Shown: positions 26,501 to 60,000 of the stretch, in pieces
Layout of the letters: every line of letters starts with the position of its first letter
How positions within the stretch are numbered: position 1 is the stretch's first letter
Made by a program: the position numbers and the translations under genes
The notes under the pieces: generated by a model
What the model was told of the DNA's origin: nothing
The model's input: only the letters and a program-made list of their open reading frames with translations
Database searches by the model: none
Source: Vicugna vicugna
Taxonomy: Eukaryota
Direction: 5' to 3'
Assembly (NCBI GenBank): GCA_013265495.1
Contig: MU058004.1
Location: forward strand, 188,001-248,000
DNA length: 60,000 nucleotides

Positions 26501-29500
26501 GCCCTGCCGCACTGGGCGACCTTCACCATCTGGAACGCGGGCAGGCAGGGCCGCCGGCTCTACCGCAGCCTGACAGCTGAGTCGCGGCGCAAGGTGAGGC
26601 CCTCTGTCCCTCCCCTCCCTGGCCCAGCAGCGTGGCTGCCACCGCCCCTGAGGCTGGCTCCCGTGCCCCCCAGGTGGTGGCTTTCTGTGATGTGGACCAG
26701 AACAAGATCAAGAAGGGTTTCTACTGCTACGAGGAGTCTCAGGTGCGTAGGGGCCGCCCCGGGGCCTTCTGAGTGAACGCTGCCCAGAACCTTCCTCTCT
26801 GTGAAAGGCCATCTGGGCCCAGGCCTGCCGCCAGCCCTGCATCCTGGCTCTCAGGGCTGGAGAGCGCTGCCCACCGTTGTTGTGGGGACGGGCAAGGGGC
26901 TGGAGACCAGGTCTGAACTCCCAAGGAACCAGCGTGGGGCAGCACCCGGGCCTCCTCTCCCCGCAGGAACGGCCCAAGCCACGGGTTCCGGTCCTGCACT
27001 TCCGAGCCGCCAGGCCACCCTTCGTCATCTGCGTGAAGCTGGTGAGTGCGGGCCTGGGCCAGGGGAGCCCCAGGTTGGGAGTCTGCATTATGTCCCCCAG
27101 GGACCGTGGGCTAGAACCAGAGGTGGTGGCCCCTGCTCCAGGGGCCACGCGACAGCTGCAGGCAACACCTCTCCTGTCCCCCTGGGCACAGGTGCCGGGC
27201 GGCGCAGCGTTATGTCTCTGGGCTCTGGGCTGGACATCAGGGTCCCACAGCTCAGGGCCCTGGGACCCCCTCTTGTTCGCTATGTGGCCAGCTCTCTTGA
27301 ACTCATGCCTTTCCAGGGGCGGCCCCCGTTGGGCGGGCTCCCACACCGTGAAACCCGCCAGTGGGATCTGGCGGTGGGACGTCCTTGTGTCTGAGCAGCT
27401 GTGGAGGCCTTGGCCGCCCAACCCTGGCCTGTCCGTCTCGTCTCGTTGTTCGCTGGAGCTCTGCGCGCAGCCAGCACTGATCCTTTGTCGTTAGTGTCTG
27501 GCAGGTACTTTCTCTGTCTGTGACTCGGTTCCTCGGTTCTTCCCCAGAACAACTTATCTTGAATGTGGTGCATTTATCAACCTTTCTCTTAGAATGAACG
27601 CTTCTAGTGGCTCGTTTTGGAATTTCTTCTCAGTCGGAAAGATCACCACACGTCTGTCACGTCTACGTACAAAAACCCACCCCAACTGCGGGCCTAGGTC
27701 AGCGCGTGTGGCTGGTGGACAGTGACGGGTGGTGAGCTGGGCCCTTGCTGTGCCCTTGGGGGTCGTGGGAGACACAGGACCTCTGAGGTTGAAACCTCGG
27801 TAACCGGGTGCCCAACCAAGGCCTTCCTGGAGGCGGTGGCTTTTGTGGAAGGGAGGCAGATGCCACAGTCAGGCAGTAGCAGCGGGGAAGCCGGCAGGAC
27901 GTGCCTCTGGCCCCCACGTCAGGTGCAGACACTTGCCAAGCCTCAGGCTCGGGGCCCCCTGGCCCTCATTCGTTCCGACACAGCTGGCCCACTCCACTGC
28001 ACAAGAGGTCCGAGGACCTGTGTGTGCGGCGGACAAGTGAGTGGAGGGAGGTGGAGAGGGGATAGCCCTTCATTGGTGGCTGGTTTTAAAGGCCTGGGTC
28101 CCCTCTGCACTGACTGTTTACTTTCGGCTTCTAACTGCTGTTGACGGCTGGTGCAGGCACCTCCGCAGGGGCCCTGCCAGGCAGGCCAGGGTGGTGCATC
28201 CTGACAGGCAGGCAGTCAGGCAGGGCCCAGCCCCTCGCCCCAGGTGCCCCTGTGGGGAAGTGGGTGTGAGAAGCAGCCTGGGGGGCCTCCAGCCCGCGTG
28301 GCCAGGCGCGTCCCGCACTCCTGCCCAGTGAGACCTGCTGCCCGACGCTGCCCTGCCCAGCCGCTCTGCCGTTTCTCTGCCCCTCTCAGCGCAGAGCGTG
28401 GTTGTGGTTCCTGAGGCTCCAGATCCTCCACGTCATGTTTGTGAGCCCGGCTGCCCCTTCGCCTGTCTGTTCCAGGACCCAGCCGTGGGCATCACACTGG
28501 AGCTGCGTGTGGGGGTCCTGCCCGCCCGGTTCTCTTCGTGGGTCGTCGGGTGGCTGTGACAACGCCCAGGAAGTGGCCAGGCTGGGGGACATGCCCAGAG
28601 GCAGGAAGGGGTCCCAGGCCTCACTGACTGGACGGTGGGATCACTTCCTCTTTGACACTTCCCATCAGTTCTTTGTCCCGGGAGTGTGTCTGCTCCTGCC
28701 CTGTGGGCGTTCTGTGCCTGCGCTGGGCTCTGACCCCTCACTGGTTTTGTCCCAGCCTTTCCATTCTCCCATTGATGGGATATGGCCGCTCGCGGCAGCA
28801 TCAAACCTGAACGGTCTTGGGAAGCTGGAGTCCCCTTCTGCGTCAGGGCAGGCCTGCCCTCCCGGTGTCCCTCCACAAGCCCAGGTCTGTGGCCAGACTC
28901 TAGGCTGGCCCGGCCCTGAGCCGAGCTGTGTTTTGTTGGAAAACGCAGCAGCAGAGATAATGGGGGGAGCGGGGTCTGAGGGTGGAGGGCGGGTGCAGGA
29001 CAGGAAGCGGCGCAGGTGTTTCGGGGTGGAATGGTTTTCACTCTTGTGCTTCCAGCAATGCCCAGGTATAGCAGCCAGAGGAGCAGTGCCAGCCCAGGGC
29101 CAGGCGAGGCCCCGTGCTGGGCCCAGGGTCAGACGGAGCACGCCCAGCAGGCACGCGCCTGGTGGCCAGGCACCCCTCCTGCGTCCTGCCTCGGGCGCCC
29201 CCACTTTGCTGGGCAGCAGGCCCTGGAAGAGGGGCGGAGCCCGCGCTGTTTCCCGAAGCCCTGCCGTGGCCTCGGGCAGGGGTCTGGAGGGGGAGGGGCA
29301 GCATCCCTGCACAAGCCCAGCTGCAGGGTTTGAGGATCTGCCCCCGAGAAGCCTCGGGTGAGCCTGCTTCCTGGCAGGGCCACAGCCCCTTCGGCCATGG
29401 GGACGGTACGCAGCAGGAGGGCTCCGTCAGCAGCTGGTGGTTGAGTTGAACTCCCGCGTCCCTGGAGTGGGCCGGCTGCCTCCCTCGTGGCCAGTGGGAC

Positions 29501-29735
29501 AGTGTGGCCGCAGCCGGCAGGGTCCCTTCTGGCCCCTCTCTTAGCAGTTGGTTAGAAGTTCACAGGGGGCCCCAAACCCCAGGCCCCCACGGGAGGCTCT
29601 CTGGTGGGGGCAGGGGGAGGCCTGGCTAGAGCCAGACGGTGGCTTCTCCCACAGGACCTCACGGGGGGCGCATTTGAAGACAACCTGCGGTCGCTGCACC
29701 TGCAGGAGGGCCGGGATTTCCTTCACTTCAGCTGA
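16064..29735 (+). CDS. B3GNTL1: B3GNTL1/QTGAL (GT2-family queuosine-tRNA galactosyltransferase), 3' six coding exons: join(16064..16159,20430..20554,26458..26593,26674..26742,26967..27041,29655..29735); 5' exons lie outside the window
   Basis: The 582 spliced nt give an open frame [21 protein letters not shown]...[18 protein letters not shown]...[26 protein letters not shown]. This matches the recalled C-terminal half of human B3GNTL1. All introns are GT-AG with consistent phases, and the gene is adjacent to TBCD as in human. Confidence 0.96.
17457..17613. repeat. Compound (TG)n microsatellite with a higher-order unit
   Basis: (TG)n tracts separated by ggg(g)agggt(g/c)ctcg or ggggggggga spacers. 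Confidence 0.95.
20430..20554 (+). CDS. B3GNTL1: B3GNTL1 exon ([42 protein letters not shown])
   Basis: Acceptor ccgcag, donor gtacgc at 20555; 125 nt, ends in phase 2. Confidence 0.93.
21590..24650 (+). mobile_element. Ancient L1 (L1M-type) ORF2-to-3' remnant in a B3GNTL1 intron
   Basis: A-rich, colinear L1 ORF2 landmarks: acaatcctaaatgtgt, ggagaaatagacaaattcaca, aattaccaatat..aaatgaaagagggg, tacagaccagtatccct, ggtttaacattcaaaaatcaatt, ctggacttcatcaacattaaaa. Confidence 0.8.
26458..26593 (+). CDS. B3GNTL1: B3GNTL1 exon ([45 protein letters not shown])
   Basis: Acceptor cctgcag, donor gtgagg; 136 nt. Confidence 0.95.
26674..26742 (+). CDS. B3GNTL1: B3GNTL1 exon ([23 protein letters not shown])
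   Basis: Follows an 80-nt intron; acceptor ccccag, donor gtgcgt; 69 nt. Confidence 0.94.
26967..27041 (+). CDS. B3GNTL1: B3GNTL1 exon ([25 protein letters not shown])
   Basis: Acceptor ccgcag, donor gtgagt; 75 nt. Confidence 0.95.
29655..29735 (+). CDS. B3GNTL1: B3GNTL1 last coding exon ([26 protein letters not shown])
   Basis: Acceptor cccacag; TGA at 29733-29735; matches the recalled human C-terminus. Confidence 0.95.
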   Translation, partial: DLTGGAFEDNLRSLHLQEGRDFLHFS

Positions 29736-32407
29736 CGGACCCACGGCAGCCACGCCCAGGTACGTGGGACCCCCGCAGCCTGGGGTCTGGAAAGCGTGTC
29801 TGTTTTTACCATGTGTTACTCTCGCCCCTGCTTCTGAAAACCCACGCGCCAGCGGCTGTTCTTGTTACGCGGTCGCTGGTCTCCCTGTGCACGCCCCCGC
29901 ACCTGCTGCCTGCGGTTCATCCGCTCGAGTCGGAAGGGGCTCTCAGCCTGGGGGACCTGCCCCCACGACCGGCCTGGGGGCCTCTGTCATCACACCTGGG
30001 AAGGGGTTCTGCTGCTGAGCTTTCTGCAACGCACGGGACGGTCCCCATGGCAAAGAGCTGTTTGACCCCAAACGTCAGCAGTGACGAGGCAGGAAAAGCA
30101 GCCGTGCAAGAGGGGTGTGTTTTACCCGAAGACCCCACTTTGTTCCCTCCCCTGGGGAGCAGCTGTCCTGGGCATCAGTGTGCTCGAGGTGGCGGTTACT
30201 CTCCTCAAGCCCACGTGCCCCCCCCGCAGACGCGCACGCACTCCACCCGCCCGCCGTCCGCGCATGCGGCACCGTCTCCCAAGGCGCCAGTGCCACGCGG
30301 GGCGGGTGCTCTGGCGTCTCCCGACTTTGCTTCTGTACTTGCGTTGTCTTTGCAGGTCATTTCGTCAGCCCCTCCGTTCCCCACTTCTCCCTCCTGCTGT
30401 GCCCGTGGGGTTGTCAGCTCACCGTTGAGCCGTTTTTCCCCTCATCTCTCCTTGGTAATTCCTAGCCCTTTCAAAGCTGAACTTCAGAGTCTTTGGGGTC
30501 TGACTTCACTAAGGGCCTGCTGCTGCTGCTCGTGGCCCTGTGCGATCTGGGGACGTGAGCTTACGCTCTCCTCTGCGGTGGGCTCAGGCTGCGTCCTTTT
30601 CCTTTGGGTTTTGGTTGCTGCCTCTGCCCGTGTTGTCAGCACCGCCGGTTGGGGCCTGTCTGACCGCATCTCCCCTCAGCAGCACTGGGCGGAGCTAGGT
30701 CTCACGGGCCCAGCCGTGGAGGACACGGCTGTCAGGGCCCAGCCTTATGTGGCGTCTCCTCTTAGGTTTGCCCCCAGGCCTCCCAGTCGGCAGCCGTGGA
30801 TGCTCGGGCCCCGCACGTCCTGATCCAGGCCCTCACCAGCCTCTCTCCCTCTGGCCACAGGTGCTTCCTTCACTGTCTGGTCCCCGTTTGCAGCCCCACC
30901 CAGGTCTCCTGACCACCGCCTCAAGATGACCACCCAGCACACCACCTGCTCCGCACTCCCTCTGCGGCTGCTTCCCATGACACTGTTTCTGCTGCTCTGC
31001 CCCCACAGACCCGCCACCTGGACACAGGTGGGCCCCGTCTGGAGCAGGCGGTTCCCTGGGGCCTGTTGAGAGCAGGTGGGCCCAGCGGGCTCCGGATGGC
31101 TGAGGCCGCGGCTGAGCAGGTTTTCCTTGAGCTGCAGTCGGCAGCCCTGGAAGAACTGCTTCTCCAGACGGTAGCGTCCAAGTGGTGAACTGGCCGGTCT
31201 CCACGTCTCAAAGGCCATTTCTCTGGAATCTTTTTTGTTTAAATTATGCTGAAAACAGTTCATTTTATTCCTTCTCAAGAACTGCTTGCTTGGTTTGCCA
31301 CAGCAGAGGCCCCGACAGGCTCGGTGGGCACTGTCTCCGGCCCCCGTCTGCTGCACGGACGCAGGCGGGCCCTGTGGGAGGGGCGCCTGCCCACCAGCGT
31401 GGCCTCGCAGGACCGTCCCTGTGACGTCCACCAGCTGCGGGGTCTCTGGCTGGAACACTCCCTCATTCTCGAGGGGGAGGCGTGTTTTAAGGCTTGAACG
31501 AAATGAAAAAGCTCAGCGTAAGAGGTGAGATCCTCACACGAGTGTAACCCACGCTGTCTCTTCCGGGGGCTAGAGAGGACTTTCCGCCAGTCTAGCGCGT
31601 GAAGGTAAACGTTCTTGGGAAGCCCAGCAGCTTAACCCAGGCAGGAAACCCCAACTCCCGACCAAGGCGGCAGCAGGACGTGTCCCGGCCCCCCACGCCT
31701 GCCCCCACGAGGGGACTTGGGCGCAGCAGCGCTGTCCTGGGCTCGTGGCCCCAGACTTCGCCCCGGAGGTCCTGCACCTGCCAGTCCAGACCTGAGCTTG
31801 TGGAACAGCAGCACGGGGACGGCCGGCGTGAGCACAGGCCGCCAGGATAGAGCAGCCTGTCTTTACCCGTGTGTGACCTGTGCTGGACAAACGAGGAAAA
31901 GGTGCAGCTTTATCAAGAACAACCCACGTGGTTCTTCCCACATCACCGGAGACCCACGTCCTGGAGGCTCCACCACGGGTCTGGGTGCCCCTCCTGGCAG
32001 ATGTGAGAAGCCACTTGCCCCACGGAGTCCCGGCTGGAGTTCCGAGTGGCCGTCTCAAGCCCCCCGTGTGGTTGGAGCTGGTCCCGGCAGGGTGCTGAAA
32101 AGGCAGTGTTGGCCTCTTCTGATGGAACGGAGCTGCACTGGAAGCGGGGCTGGGGGGATAGCACCCCATCCGTGCCCACCCTGAGCAACAGCCTCTGGCC
32201 CTCGTTGCATCTGACAGTGAACCACCTGCGTCTCTGAGCGTGTCGGCAGCTAAGACCGTGCCCGGGGAGGCCGCACAGACACGGATGCGTCTGCAGAGAC
32301 ATCCCAGCACAGGGGAGGGCACGACCCCACCCCCGGCGCCCCTACTTTGTCCTCCCCGCCAGCTTTGGGGTCAGACACAAACAGACGCAGACTGCTCAGC
32401 ATATGAT

Positions 32408-32413
32408 TTTATA
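32408..32413 (-). terminator. Putative TBCD variant polyadenylation signal TATAAA
   Basis: TATAAA on - about 200 nt after the stop, followed by GU-rich tctgcgtctgtttgtgtctg (about 32370-32392). Confidence 0.55.
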
Positions 32414-32612
32414 AGACTCACATCTAGATTAATTCAAAAGCACCAACAGCCCAGGTCACTGGTGCACAGGACGCATGAGGAAAGGCCGCCTCCGGGTGCC
32501 AAGCTCTGCGTCCCCCACACGCACCAGTCGGGGTCCGTCCAGGTCTTCCATGCTGACCACACACCGGTTCCTCCTCCCCACCAGGCACGAGGGCTCGGCT
32601 TCCGGGGTGGCC

Positions 32613-59251
<26,639 letters not shown>

Positions 59252-60000
59252 CTGTGGGGTGAAAACACAGCATCTGAAAGACCTCAGCACAGGCCCGGCG
59301 CCTGCCCTCCCGGCTCCCATCCCGGACACGCCTGCGGGGCGTCCCCTAGGGCACGGTCAGCACGGACAATGGATGGCCTGCGGACAACAGAGACAGTGCT
59401 GTGAGGAGGACAGAAGGTGCGTGCTTGGGAGCTAGGACCCCCAGGACAGGGAGCAGCCTGGCTCCCAGCTGCCCTGGACTTGTTCTGGAAGAGAAGTGAC
59501 CAGCAGCCTCACTGCCCCTCGGAACCTGGACTTCGGGGGGCTTCCTGCATCCCCCTAGCTGAGAAGACTCACTCTGGCCCAGACAGTCTGCACAAACCAT
59601 GCGGCTCACGCTGAAACCTGCCTTCCTCCGGGAGTCTGGGATTTTGGTCCAAGGCAGGCAGAGAACCCACAGGGCCAGCCCCCTCTCTGGGGACATACGC
59701 TGTCACACACACGTGGCACCGGGGGTTACGGGCTCCAGCACGGTGCCCAGCCAAGCCCACGGCGCTGCTGCACCCGCACACGGCGTCCTTCAGGTGGGCG
59801 TGGTTGTGAGCCTGAGCCGCAGGGTTGGGGGCAGGAGCGGGGTGCACGTGGATCCCGCGGTCACCATGGCCCCAGGGAATCCCTTCAAGGGACAGGAAGC
59901 AGCTTAAAGTACAGTTTCCCCCAAACTGGAGTTCGAGGACCAGGGTGTAGACATCAAAGTGAACTGCGAGCTTCTGCTTCTGAGGAAAAGTCAGCTGGAA

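Noticed and set aside
28402..30823. 319-aa and 336-aa + strand ORFs around the B3GNTL1 last exon
   Set aside because: Non-ATG starts and no recognisable protein similarity; they lie in intron or 3'UTR of GC-rich DNA.

Overview
Mammalian (not prokaryotic) GC-rich genomic DNA, probably a camelid judging by three Vic-1-like tRNA-derived SINEs. It is syntenic with human 17q25.3. Two spliced genes face each other tail to tail. On + are the last 6 coding exons of B3GNTL1/QTGAL (16064-29735; 193 aa plus stop). On - are the last 19 coding exons of TBCD (59251-32613; about 551 aa plus stop). Both reconstruct by hand into intact frames with GT-AG introns. The rest is intronic: a decayed near-full-length LINE-1 (about 4275-10060, -), many ancient L1, MER and MLT fragments, and several VNTRs and microsatellites. 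Almost all long ORFs in the supplied track are GC-content artefacts. I found no convincing new multi-gene system. The best leads are: (1) an unclassified ~233-bp CpG-rich insertion with an A tail and a 14-bp target-site duplication in a TBCD intron, (2) an orphan CpG-island promoter-like region with a strong splice donor inside the presumed B3GNTL1 intron, and (3) a predicted antisense overlap of the B3GNTL1 3' end with the whole TBCD terminal exon. Gene and repeat names come from recalled protein or consensus similarity, not from database searches.
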